64,000 nt of DNA from an uncultured Clostridia bacterium (GTDB lineage: Bacteria; Bacillota; Clostridia; Oscillospirales; Ruminococcaceae), in contig CANQKW010000006.1 in NCBI GenBank assembly GCA_947624555.1, forward strand, positions 4,206 to 68,205, given 5' to 3'. The notes beneath the pieces were generated by a model, which worked only from the letters and a program-made list of their open reading frames with translations, made no database searches and had not been told where the DNA came from. Of this stretch, positions 7,003 through 15,777 are shown piece by piece; within the stretch, counting starts at the first letter, position 1; the number at the start of each line of letters is the position of its first letter. A program made the translations under genes and the position numbers.

Positions 7003-8943
7003 ATGTCGCTTATTACCGTGGACGGGTCAGTATCCTCGCTGGACAAAGCGCTTATCGCCTGCTGTGAATGCAAAACGTTCCATATTTCACAAAGCGGAGC
7101 AGTACTGCATAATCTCGGAGAGCAAAATCCTTACGAAAATATCTTTTCAAGGGTGAGAGATATTGCGCTGAACCTTAAAATTCCCGTAAAGGACACGGAT
7201 TTCAGCGGCGTCGAGTATGAAACCGCAGAGGATTTCGAGAATTATCTTGCCGGGATAGACAGCCGATATGAGGAGCTTACATCTAAGCACAGGGAGATAA
7301 CGCAGTCACTTCGGGAACACAGGGAAACCAACGCCTATGTAAAGCACCTTATGGGACTTGAAGTGCCTTTCTCGGAGCTGTTTTCAATGAAATACGTGAA
7401 AACGAGGATCGGACGAATGCCACTCGACAATGAGGAAAAACTGCGGCATTATGCGACAAAATGTTTCATCTTTCAGGAGTTTGAAAAGACCGGGGACTAC
7501 GTTTACGGGATATACCTTGTGCCTGTGCAGTACTTTGAGTTTGCGGACGAGCTTATGCTCTCGCTGGGATTTGAAAGAACAAGACTTCCCGATTATCTTG
7601 AGGACGACGCAGAAATTGCCGATAAAAAGCTCAGTACGCTTATCGAGGACGAGGAAAAGGAAAAAGAACGTGTCGAAAAGGAAATTTCCTACTTTGCGGA
7701 CGAAATTTCGGACAGCTTTTCGGAGATCATGTGCAAGCTGAAATACAAAAGCCGCATCTTTGAATTAAGGAAAAAAGTCACGATTTCCAACGGGCGGTTT
7801 TCGTTTTCGGGATATTGCCCGACAAAAAAGGCAAAAGAGCTGAAAACGGCTATCGTTAAAAATACCAAGAATATCCAATGTGTTGAAATACCCATTGACA
7901 AGAAAAACGTTTCTCCCGAAGTGCCCGTAAAGCTGAAAAACAACTTCTTCACACGTCCGTTTGAGATGTTCACGAAGATGTACGGACTTCCCGTTTACGG
8001 AGGATTTGACCCGACGCCTTACGTCGCTTTTACGTATATGCTGATGTTCGGCATAATGTTCGGCGATGTGGGACAGGGACTTCTTATCTCGCTGCTGGGA
8101 TTTATACTGACGAAAAAGACCAAAAACGGTCTTGCTCCCGTGATGATAAGGCTGGGATTTTTCTCAGCGGCTTTCGGAGTGGTCTACGGCTCTGTTTTCG
8201 GCATAGAAACGCTGATAAAGCCTATTTTCCACCGTGAGAATATCTGGTACGGCGTCTGCGATATGATGGGCAATCTTGGCATTCCCCGTCACCCCGAAAG
8301 CATTTTCCAGGCAGCTACCGCCGTGCTTATCTTCGCACTCTTCGTGGGAATAATACTGATACTGATTTCGATGATTTTCAATACCGTTGACAATTTCAAG
8401 TCAAAACGCACGGGAGAGGCTCTGTTCGATATAAACGGCGTTGCGGGAATAGTGCTTTATGCGTCTTTGGTAACGGGTCTTGCAGGCTCGCTTATGTACG
8501 GACTTCCGATAATGTCAGCTCCGTACGTTATCTGCCTTATAGTGCTGCCTGCGCTGCTGATTTTCTTCAAAACTCCGCTTACTGCTCTCGTGACGGGAAA
8601 GAAAGCCGAAAAATTCAGCATAGCAGAAAGCTTTATCGGTATTTTTGAGGGAGCTTTGAGTTTCCTTTCCAACACAATGAGCTTTCTGAGAATAGGCGGA
8701 TTTGTTCTCTCGCATGCAGGCTTTATGCTGGTCGTATCACAGCTTGCAGGAGCGTCCGTTGAGGGTGCGCCCGTTACTGTGGGAATGGTCATCACATACA
8801 TCATAGGAAATATTCTCGTTATGGGAATTGAGGGTCTGCTTTCGGGAATACAGGTACTTCGTCTGGAATTTTACGAGGTATTTTCACGTTTCTACAACGG
8901 CGGCGGCAGCGAATTTTCGCCGCTTATGATAAACAACGACTAA
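7003..8943 (+). CDS. ntpI: V-type ATP synthase subunit I (a-type membrane stator)
   Basis: Soluble coiled-coil N-terminal half plus a polytopic C-terminal half containing the LRIGGFVLSHA (essential Arg) region. The start is uncertain: ATG 7003 or the listed GTG 6970. Confidence 0.88.
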   Translation: MSLITVDGSVSSLDKALIACCECKTFHISQSGAVLHNLGEQNPYENIFSRVRDIALNLKIPVKDTDFSGVEYETAEDFENYLAGIDSRYEELTSKHREITQSLREHRETNAYVKHLMGLEVPFSELFSMKYVKTRIGRMPLDNEEKLRHYATKCFIFQEFEKTGDYVYGIYLVPVQYFEFADELMLSLGFERTRLPDYLEDDAEIADKKLSTLIEDEEKEKERVEKEISYFADEISDSFSEIMCKLKYKSRIFELRKKVTISNGRFSFSGYCPTKKAKELKTAIVKNTKNIQCVEIPIDKKNVSPEVPVKLKNNFFTRPFEMFTKMYGLPVYGGFDPTPYVAFTYMLMFGIMFGDVGQGLLISLLGFILTKKTKNGLAPVMIRLGFFSAAFGVVYGSVFGIETLIKPIFHRENIWYGVCDMMGNLGIPRHPESIFQAATAVLIFALFVGIILILISMIFNTVDNFKSKRTGEALFDINGVAGIVLYASLVTGLAGSLMYGLPIMSAPYVICLIVLPALLIFFKTPLTALVTGKKAEKFSIAESFIGIFEGALSFLSNTMSFLRIGGFVLSHAGFMLVVSQLAGASVEGAPVTVGMVITYIIGNILVMGIEGLLSGIQVLRLEFYEVFSRFYNGGGSEFSPLMINND

Positions 8944-8991
8944 CGGACGCTTTTTTCAAAAGCTCCACATAATCTATCGGAGGAAAATAAA

Positions 8992-9432
8992 ATGAATATC
9001 GCACTTATCATTGTTTTGCCTTTAATTGCTGTGGCTCTTATTATGACGCCGATTTTTGCGGCTATCCTGCGCAAGCGTTCGGGAAAAACTTTCCACCCGA
9101 AACGTGCGGTAGCGGCAAATATTGCATCGTTCTTCGGAGTAATGCTCACTATGACCATACTGCCTCTTACGGGAGCGTTTGCGGCAGCACCCGAAACAGC
9201 TCAGGCTGCGGCTGAGGCAGGCGTAGACGGAATGAAATATCTCGCTGCGGCTATTTCAACGGGCTTAGGCTCGATTGCAGCAGGAATTGCGGTAGGTTCG
9301 GGCGCTCCTGCGGCAATCGGCGCAATCTCAGAGAACGAAAAATCCTTCTCAAAGGCACTGATTTTCGTTGCTCTGGGCGAGGGCGTTGCAATCTACGGCT
9401 TGCTTATATCAATCCTTATTATGTTTGGCTGA
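8992..9432 (+). CDS. ntpK: V-type ATP synthase subunit K (proteolipid c)
   Basis: The C-terminal hairpin carries the Gly-rich helix GLGSIAAGIAVGSGAPAAIGA and the carboxylate helix FVALGEGVAIYGLL. The N-terminal ~75 aa is an atypical extension (see findings). Confidence 0.85.
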   Translation: MNIALIIVLPLIAVALIMTPIFAAILRKRSGKTFHPKRAVAANIASFFGVMLTMTILPLTGAFAAAPETAQAAAEAGVDGMKYLAAAISTGLGSIAAGIAVGSGAPAAIGAISENEKSFSKALIFVALGEGVAIYGLLISILIMFG

Positions 9433-9442
9433 TGAGGCGTTT

Positions 9443-9751
9443 ATGAAATTTTTTCTGATAAGCGACAACATTGATACTCAAATGGGAATGCGTATCGCAG
9501 GCGTTGAGGGCGTGGTCGCACACACAAAAGACGAGGTAAACGAGGCGCTTGACAGCGCAGCGGCGGACGAAAATGTTGCTGTTGTGCTTATGACGCAGAA
9601 AACCGCCGCACTTTGCCCCGAACGTGTGTACGATATAAAGCTCAACCAACACCGTCCACTTATCGTTGAAATTCCCGACCGCCACGGCTCAGGCGGAATT
9701 ACCGACGCTATCAGCCGATATGTCGAAGAGGCTATCGGCGTTAAGCTGTAA
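9443..9751 (+). CDS. V-type ATP synthase subunit F
   Basis: A 102-aa protein, MKFFLISDNIDTQMGMRIAGVEG...VAVVLMTQK...PLIVEIPD, the typical F-subunit pattern. ATG at 9443. Confidence 0.82.
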   Translation: MKFFLISDNIDTQMGMRIAGVEGVVAHTKDEVNEALDSAAADENVAVVLMTQKTAALCPERVYDIKLNQHRPLIVEIPDRHGSGGITDAISRYVEEAIGVKL

Positions 9752-9771
9752 TCGGGAAATAAGGAGTTATT

Positions 9772-10359
9772 ATGGATCTGAATGAAATCAATAAATCAAA
9801 AATGACTATGTTCAGAAATGCCGTAAACCGCCAGGCAGACAGGGAAATAGAAGAGCTTACGGCAAAAATAAGAGAACAGCGCTATGCTGCGGAAAAAATC
9901 CGCGAGGAAAAGGAAACAAAAGCCGCTATGTCGGCGCTCAAGGCTGAGCGCTCCTCGCTGGAGGCTGCGTACAGGAAAGAGCTTTCCCGCTGCGATTACG
10001 AAACGAACAAACAGGTTCTCGAACATAGAAAAGAGCTTATCGAAGAGTTTTTCGGGAAAATCGAAAACGATCTTAGGGAGTTTGTCCAGAGCGATAAATA
10101 CGAGGATTTCCTCAAAAAACGCATAAAAAAAGCAGAACAGGCTCTGGGCGAAAAACTTGTAATTCTTGCGTCGCTCAGGGACGAAAAAACGGTTTCTTCG
10201 CTTACAAAGCACGAGGTACGTACCGACAGCGCAATTATGCTGGGCGGTATCTGTGCGCTGGACGAGAAAAAAGGACTTTTCTGCGACCTTTCTCTTGACA
10301 GGGCTTTGGAGGACGAAAAAGCCTCATTCTCCGACAAGAGAGAGCTTATGTTTGATTGA
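9772..10359 (+). CDS. ntpE: V-type ATP synthase subunit E
   Basis: A 195-aa protein with a long N-terminal charged helix and a globular C-terminal domain. It sits just before the catalytic A subunit. Confidence 0.8.
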   Translation: MDLNEINKSKMTMFRNAVNRQADREIEELTAKIREQRYAAEKIREEKETKAAMSALKAERSSLEAAYRKELSRCDYETNKQVLEHRKELIEEFFGKIENDLREFVQSDKYEDFLKKRIKKAEQALGEKLVILASLRDEKTVSSLTKHEVRTDSAIMLGGICALDEKKGLFCDLSLDRALEDEKASFSDKRELMFD

Positions 10360-10377
10360 TTTTAAGGTGGGTTTGGC

Positions 10378-12114
10378 TTGGAAAACACGATTTATTCGAT
10401 AAACGGACCTGTTGTAAGGGCGGCAAACACAAAAGATTTTTCAATGCTTGAAATGGTGTATGTGGGCGAAAAGCGTCTTATCGGCGAGGTAATAGGCGTC
10501 ACAGACGAGTTTACGACGGTACAGGTCTATGAAAATACGTCAGGAATTAAGGTAGGAGAGCCTATTTGCGGCTCGGGTATGCCTGTGTGTGCAAATTTGG
10601 GTCCCGGTATCATCTCGAACATTTTTGACGGTATTGAGCGACCGCTGCGTGATATGGTCAAGGATAACGGCGCATTTGTTGCCGAGGGCAGCCGACTTTT
10701 CTCCCTCGATGAAGAAAAATTGTACGATGTAACTGTTACCGTTAAAGCGGGAGATAAGCTCTGCGGCGGCGATATTTACTGCACAACGCCCGAAACTCCG
10801 CTTATTGTCCATAAGTGTATGCTGCCGCCGGATTTAAGCGGCGAGGTGATTTTTGCCGCAGAAAACGGAAAATACCGTGTAAACGACGTTATCATAAAGC
10901 TGAAAACGGCAGGCGGCGAGGTAAAAGAGCTCACTATGGTGCAGCGCTGGCCTATCAAAAAGGCTCGTCCGATAAAGGGCAGAAAACCCTCTGACAGACC
11001 GCTCATCACGGGACAGAGAATTATCGACACGCTTATTCCGATTGCAAAGGGCGGCACGGCGGCTATCCCCGGCGGTTTCGGCACGGGAAAAACCGTTACT
11101 CAGCATCAGATTGCAAAATGGTGCGACGCAGATATTATCGTTTATATCGGCTGCGGAGAACGAGGCAACGAAATGACGCAGGTCCTTGAAGAGTTCGGTG
11201 AGCTTATCGACCCGAAATCCAACCGACCGCTTACAGACCGAACGGTACTTATCGCAAACACGTCAAATATGCCCGTGGCAGCCCGTGAGGCGTCAATATA
11301 TACGGGTATCACTCTTGCGGAATATTACCGTGATATGGGTTATCATATAGCTATAATGGCGGACTCCACGTCACGTTGGGCGGAGGCTCTTCGTGAGATT
11401 TCGGGCAGACTTGAAGAAATGCCTGCCGAAGAGGGTTTTCCTGCTTATCTTCCGTCAAGACTGTCAGAATTTTACGAAAGAGCAGGCTATGTGGATAATC
11501 TAAACGGCACGGAAGGCTCTGTGACGATAATCGGTGCAGTTTCGCCGCAAGGTTCGGATTTTTCCGAGCCTGTCACGCAGAACACAAAGCGTTTTGTACG
11601 ATGTTTCTGGGCATTGGATAAGTCGCTGGCTTATGCGCGCCACTACCCTGCTATCGACTGGAACAGCAGCTATTCGGAATATATCGAAGATCTTGCGCCG
11701 TATTACAATGCGATCTCCCCCGATTTTACGGAGTTAAGGCAGGAAATGGCAGATATTCTTCAGGAAGAAAACAAGCTAATGGAGATAGTAAAGCTCATAG
11801 GCGAAGATGTTCTCCCCGATGACCAGAAACTCACCATCGAAACAGCAAGAGTGATAAGAGTGGGATTTTTACAGCAGAACGCTCACCACGCTGAGGACAC
11901 CTATGTTCCTCTTGAAAAGCAGAGGCTTATGATGAAGGTCATCTCAACGCTGTATAACAAGTCGCTTGACGCATTGAAAATAGGTATTCCGCTCTCGCAG
12001 ATACTTTCAACGGGACTTTTTGAAAAAGCAGTCAAGATGAAATACGATATTCCCAACAGCAGACTTGACCTGTTCTCGGATTACCTGTCGGAAATAGACG
12101 AAAAAATCAGTTGA
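10378..12114 (+). CDS. ntpA: V-type ATP synthase catalytic subunit A
   Basis: Walker A motif GGFGTGKTV and the non-homologous insert typical of A subunits. TTG start follows AAGGTGG. Confidence 0.95.
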   Translation: MENTIYSINGPVVRAANTKDFSMLEMVYVGEKRLIGEVIGVTDEFTTVQVYENTSGIKVGEPICGSGMPVCANLGPGIISNIFDGIERPLRDMVKDNGAFVAEGSRLFSLDEEKLYDVTVTVKAGDKLCGGDIYCTTPETPLIVHKCMLPPDLSGEVIFAAENGKYRVNDVIIKLKTAGGEVKELTMVQRWPIKKARPIKGRKPSDRPLITGQRIIDTLIPIAKGGTAAIPGGFGTGKTVTQHQIAKWCDADIIVYIGCGERGNEMTQVLEEFGELIDPKSNRPLTDRTVLIANTSNMPVAAREASIYTGITLAEYYRDMGYHIAIMADSTSRWAEALREISGRLEEMPAEEGFPAYLPSRLSEFYERAGYVDNLNGTEGSVTIIGAVSPQGSDFSEPVTQNTKRFVRCFWALDKSLAYARHYPAIDWNSSYSEYIEDLAPYYNAISPDFTELRQEMADILQEENKLMEIVKLIGEDVLPDDQKLTIETARVIRVGFLQQNAHHAEDTYVPLEKQRLMMKVISTLYNKSLDALKIGIPLSQILSTGLFEKAVKMKYDIPNSRLDLFSDYLSEIDEKIS

Positions 12115-12143
12115 CAGCTGACAATTGAAAATGTACAGTTGAC

Positions 12144-12175
12144 AAATACTGTCGCCGCCTTCGACGACAGTATTT
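12144..12175 (+). promoter_or_regulatory. stable intra-operon hairpin between the A and B genes
   Basis: AAATACTGTCG-10 nt-CGACAGTATTT (11-bp stem) with no U-tract. It lies in an unusually long 115-nt A-B spacer. Confidence 0.4.
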
Positions 12176-12229
12176 AAATCGTCAAAATTGCGGCATAACT
12201 GTATAACACTGTCAAACGGGGGTTACGGT

Positions 12230-13627
12230 ATGAATTTAGAGTATGTAGGGCTTAAAGATATAAACGGACCGCTTGTCGCTTTGGACGGCGTAAAGGGCGC
12301 TGCCTTTGACGAGATCGCAAGAATAAAGCTTGACGACGGCACGGAAAGAATAGGTCGTGTGGTGCAGCTTGAGGGCGAAAAGGTGATTTTGCAGGTCTTT
12401 GAGGGTACAAACGGCGTTTCACTGAAAAATACAAGGACGATTTTTTCGGGAAAACCGCTTGAAATACCGCTCTCCTCGGAAATTTTGGGAAGAGTTTTCA
12501 GCGGAGCAGGCAAGCCTATCGACGGTCTGGGCGACGTTTTCCCCGAAAAAATGGGCGATGTGAACGGTCGTGCGCTTAATCCTGTTTCAAGAAACTACCC
12601 CAGGAACTATATCCACACGGGAATTAGCTCGATCGACTCGCTTATGACGCTTATAAGAGGGCAAAAACTGCCTATCTTCTCGGGTTCGGGTATGCAGCAT
12701 AATAAGCTCGCAGTGCAAATCGTAAAGCAAGCTAAGATAACAGGCGAAGAAAACGCAGAGTTCGGCGTGGTTTTTGCGGCTATGGGCGTGCAAAACGACG
12801 TGGCTGAGTATTTTCGCCGCTCGTTTGAGGATTCGGGCGCAATCGAGCGTGTTTGTATGTTCCTGAACCTTTCAAGCGACCCTATCATAGAGCGCCTTTT
12901 AACGCCGCTTTGCGCTCTTACGGCAGCAGAATATCTCGCTTTTGAGAAAAATATGCATATCCTTGTAATTATGACCGATATGACATCCTACTGCGAGGCT
13001 TTGCGTGAATTTTCTTCGTCAAAGGGAGAAATACCAGGCAGAAAAGGCTATCCCGGATACCTTTACTCAAATCTTGCCGCAATATATGAAAGAGCGGGCA
13101 TAATAAACGGCAGCACAGGCTCTGTGACGCAGATACCCATACTCACAATGCCGAATGACGATATAACGCACCCTATCCCCGACCTTACGGCTTACATTAC
13201 CGAAGGTCAGATAGTTTTCGACAGAGAGCTTGACCGAAAGGGCATTTACCCCGGAGTATCGGTGCTGCTGTCGCTGTCAAGACTTATGAAAGACGGTATC
13301 GGCGAGGGCTATACGAGAGCAGACCATTCTGCTGTTTCAAATCAGCTTTTTGCGGCTTATGCAAAGGTGCAGGACGCAAGAAGTCTGGCGTCGGTCATCG
13401 GCGAGGACGAGCTTTCCGAAACAGACCGTGCTTATATGAAGTTCGGCGAGCTGTTTGAAGAGCATTTTCTCAATCAGGACTTTGACGAGAACCGCAGTAT
13501 GGACGAAACCTTGGATCTGGGTTGGGATTTGCTGTGCACGCTGCCTCGCTCTGAGCTTGACAGAATTGACGACAAGCTGTTGGACGAAAAATACAAACAA
13601 TCAAGCCTGACAACGGATAATGAATGA
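12230..13627 (+). CDS. ntpB: V-type ATP synthase subunit B
   Basis: Typical B-subunit sequence ([16 protein letters not shown]...; ...[21 protein letters not shown]...). ATG at 12230 follows ACGGGGG. Confidence 0.95.
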   Translation: MNLEYVGLKDINGPLVALDGVKGAAFDEIARIKLDDGTERIGRVVQLEGEKVILQVFEGTNGVSLKNTRTIFSGKPLEIPLSSEILGRVFSGAGKPIDGLGDVFPEKMGDVNGRALNPVSRNYPRNYIHTGISSIDSLMTLIRGQKLPIFSGSGMQHNKLAVQIVKQAKITGEENAEFGVVFAAMGVQNDVAEYFRRSFEDSGAIERVCMFLNLSSDPIIERLLTPLCALTAAEYLAFEKNMHILVIMTDMTSYCEALREFSSSKGEIPGRKGYPGYLYSNLAAIYERAGIINGSTGSVTQIPILTMPNDDITHPIPDLTAYITEGQIVFDRELDRKGIYPGVSVLLSLSRLMKDGIGEGYTRADHSAVSNQLFAAYAKVQDARSLASVIGEDELSETDRAYMKFGELFEEHFLNQDFDENRSMDETLDLGWDLLCTLPRSELDRIDDKLLDEKYKQSSLTTDNE

Positions 13628-13687
13628 CCGATATGCCCAAAACAGATGAAAATGTCCGCTGTCAACATCTAAAAGGTGGTGATTTAG

Positions 13688-14317
13688 ATGTCTGAACAGA
13701 TATTTCCCACTAAGGGAAACCTTATAAAGGTAAAACGCTCGCTGAAACAGGCAATTTTAGGCTATGAGCTTATGGACAGAAAGAGAAGTATTCTGGTAAA
13801 GGAAATGGTTGAGCTTACAGACGAGGCAAGGGCGCTTCGTTCGAGCATAGACAGCACGTTTTCCGAGGCGTATACCGCTCTGCGAAACGCAAACGTTCTT
13901 TTGGGCGTTGTGTCGACGATAGCGGACAGCATACCGACTGAAAATTCGCTTTCGCTGTCCTCACGGTCTGTAATGGGAGTAGAACTTCCCCGTGTGATAG
14001 CAAATACCGCTCCTCCCGAAGAGCCGTGCTATCCGATGAGCGTGACAGGCTCGGAGTTTGACAAGGCGTATATCTGTTTCAACAAGGTAAAAGAACTTAC
14101 CGTTCGTCTGGCAGAGCTTGAAAACAGCGTATACAGGCTTGCCGTTGCGATAAAGAAAACGCAAAAACGCAGAAATGCGCTGAAAAATATAATGATACCT
14201 CGCTTTGAACAGCAGGTAAGATTTATCACGAACGCTCTTGAAGAAAAAGAACGCGAGGAATTTTCACGTCAGAAGATCATAAAAAAGCGAAAACTCTCAA
14301 ATAATCCTAAACAATAA
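13688..14317 (+). CDS. ntpD: V-type ATP synthase subunit D
   Basis: Begins MSEQIFPTKGNLIKVKRSLKQAILGYELMDRKR, the canonical D-subunit N-terminus. RBS is AAAGGTGGTGA. Confidence 0.92.
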   Translation: MSEQIFPTKGNLIKVKRSLKQAILGYELMDRKRSILVKEMVELTDEARALRSSIDSTFSEAYTALRNANVLLGVVSTIADSIPTENSLSLSSRSVMGVELPRVIANTAPPEEPCYPMSVTGSEFDKAYICFNKVKELTVRLAELENSVYRLAVAIKKTQKRRNALKNIMIPRFEQQVRFITNALEEKEREEFSRQKIIKKRKLSNNPKQ

Positions 14318-14342
14318 GGGTCGCCTTTGGGGCGACCCTTTT
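14317..14342. terminator. terminator shared by convergent genes
   Basis: AGGGTCGCC-TTTGG-GGCGACCCT followed by TTTT on the + strand. It sits between ntpD (+) and the dockerin gene (-). Confidence 0.75.
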
Positions 14343-14356
14343 ACTGTCTGTTCAGC

Positions 14357-15640
14357 TCAGCTTACAACGTATCTGAGTACTGCCAGTGCGTCAAGTGAGT
14401 TTACCTTGCCATTTTGGTCAATGTCGAGCTTATCGGAAGGCTTGTTTCCGCTTACGATTTCTTTCAAAATGTACAAAGCGTCAAGAGAATTTGCCTTGCC
14501 GTCGCCGTTTACGTCAACATCGCTGTCCGTAAGAGAAAGAATTTCGGTTTTCATCACAAGAGCAGCGTCATCGCCTGCAACGTTTCCGCTCGGCAGGAAA
14601 CGCTGTCCGTTTTCGCTGTCATAGAGCGAAAGCAACATTCCGTCAGCCTCAACAAGAGCCTGTACAGCCTCTTCGCTAAGATTTTTCAGCGTCAGCTCTG
14701 CGCTGTAAGAGTCGCCGTTATTTACTGCGTATCCTATGTACGATATATTTTCAGGTCCGTTTTTGCCAATGCAGTAGCAATCATCTTCCATAATATCCAA
14801 GACAAAATCAAACGGACAGCACTCGTTTCCAATTTCAAACTGCTTAGGCATTTTTTCGGTGAAAACAGGCTCAAATCTTATCACTTCATAATTCGTAAGA
14901 TCGAGTTTGATATTGTCAAGCACTACCAAAACGGTTTTTTTGCCCATACGTTTCGTCTTTACGACCGTTTCGTTGTCAAGGATTATTTCGTTGTGGAGAG
15001 GAGAGCCGCTGTAACTTTCAATCAGGATATTTCCCTCTTCTTCTACGGAGAGTTTTTCGTCAGACTTTCTCACCAGAGGGATATTTCCGCCTGAGGACTC
15101 GCCTGTCGGCGCAGAATGACCATTCAAATCCAAAAAATACACGCCCATAGCTTTGTATTCCGTGAGCACCTTCATCAGCTTTTCATCGTTGATTTCCGTA
15201 AAGATAAACTCCACCGCACGCTTTCCGTTAAGCGTGTAGTAATTTCTCTTCAAAGGGATTTCGGTGTAATTTTCCCCGTCGCAGACGGTTGCGCTGTCCC
15301 CTCTCGTTCCGCAGAAAAGCTGATACGGAGCAGCGTCCCCGTAAGCTTTTGTGTCCTTGGTGAGCTTTGTTTCGTCTATCGGTATGATTTCAATGCTGTC
15401 CGTTACGGTAACATCAACGTCAACATTCTCAAAAAGCAGACGGCAGGAGGTATCGCTTAGCTTTTCAGCCTTGAAAAGCGTGCCGTCGACCTCTTTCACG
15501 CCGTATGTAAATTCCTCGCCGCTGATGCTGAAAGTGACCTTAACGTCTTTCAGCGCCGTTTCGGCTGACGCACAAATGCAAAGATTTGCCGCCGCAGCAA
15601 CGCATATCGCCGCAGAAATGATTTTCTTAAAAATTTTCAT
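14357..15640 (-). CDS. secreted dockerin-containing protein, N-terminal modules unrecognised
   Basis: Signal peptide MKIFKKIISAAICVAAAANLCICASA. The C-terminus has duplicated Ca-binding dockerin segments, DVNGDGKANSLDALYILKEIV and DIDQNGKVNSLDALAVLRYVV. ATG at 15640 follows AAGGAGGGA. Confidence 0.8.
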   Translation of the reverse strand: MKIFKKIISAAICVAAAANLCICASAETALKDVKVTFSISGEEFTYGVKEVDGTLFKAEKLSDTSCRLLFENVDVDVTVTDSIEIIPIDETKLTKDTKAYGDAAPYQLFCGTRGDSATVCDGENYTEIPLKRNYYTLNGKRAVEFIFTEINDEKLMKVLTEYKAMGVYFLDLNGHSAPTGESSGGNIPLVRKSDEKLSVEEEGNILIESYSGSPLHNEIILDNETVVKTKRMGKKTVLVVLDNIKLDLTNYEVIRFEPVFTEKMPKQFEIGNECCPFDFVLDIMEDDCYCIGKNGPENISYIGYAVNNGDSYSAELTLKNLSEEAVQALVEADGMLLSLYDSENGQRFLPSGNVAGDDAALVMKTEILSLTDSDVDVNGDGKANSLDALYILKEIVSGNKPSDKLDIDQNGKVNSLDALAVLRYVVS

Positions 15641-15777
15641 AGTCCCTCCTTGTAAAAATAAAAAATATATTGCTAAGACGTTTTTTTGAAAGAAAATGGC
15701 TTTAAAAATCACCCCGGTTCTTACTATCAATGATTTTATCAATTTTTCACGCTGCAAAAGCAGTATGAAAAATCAAA

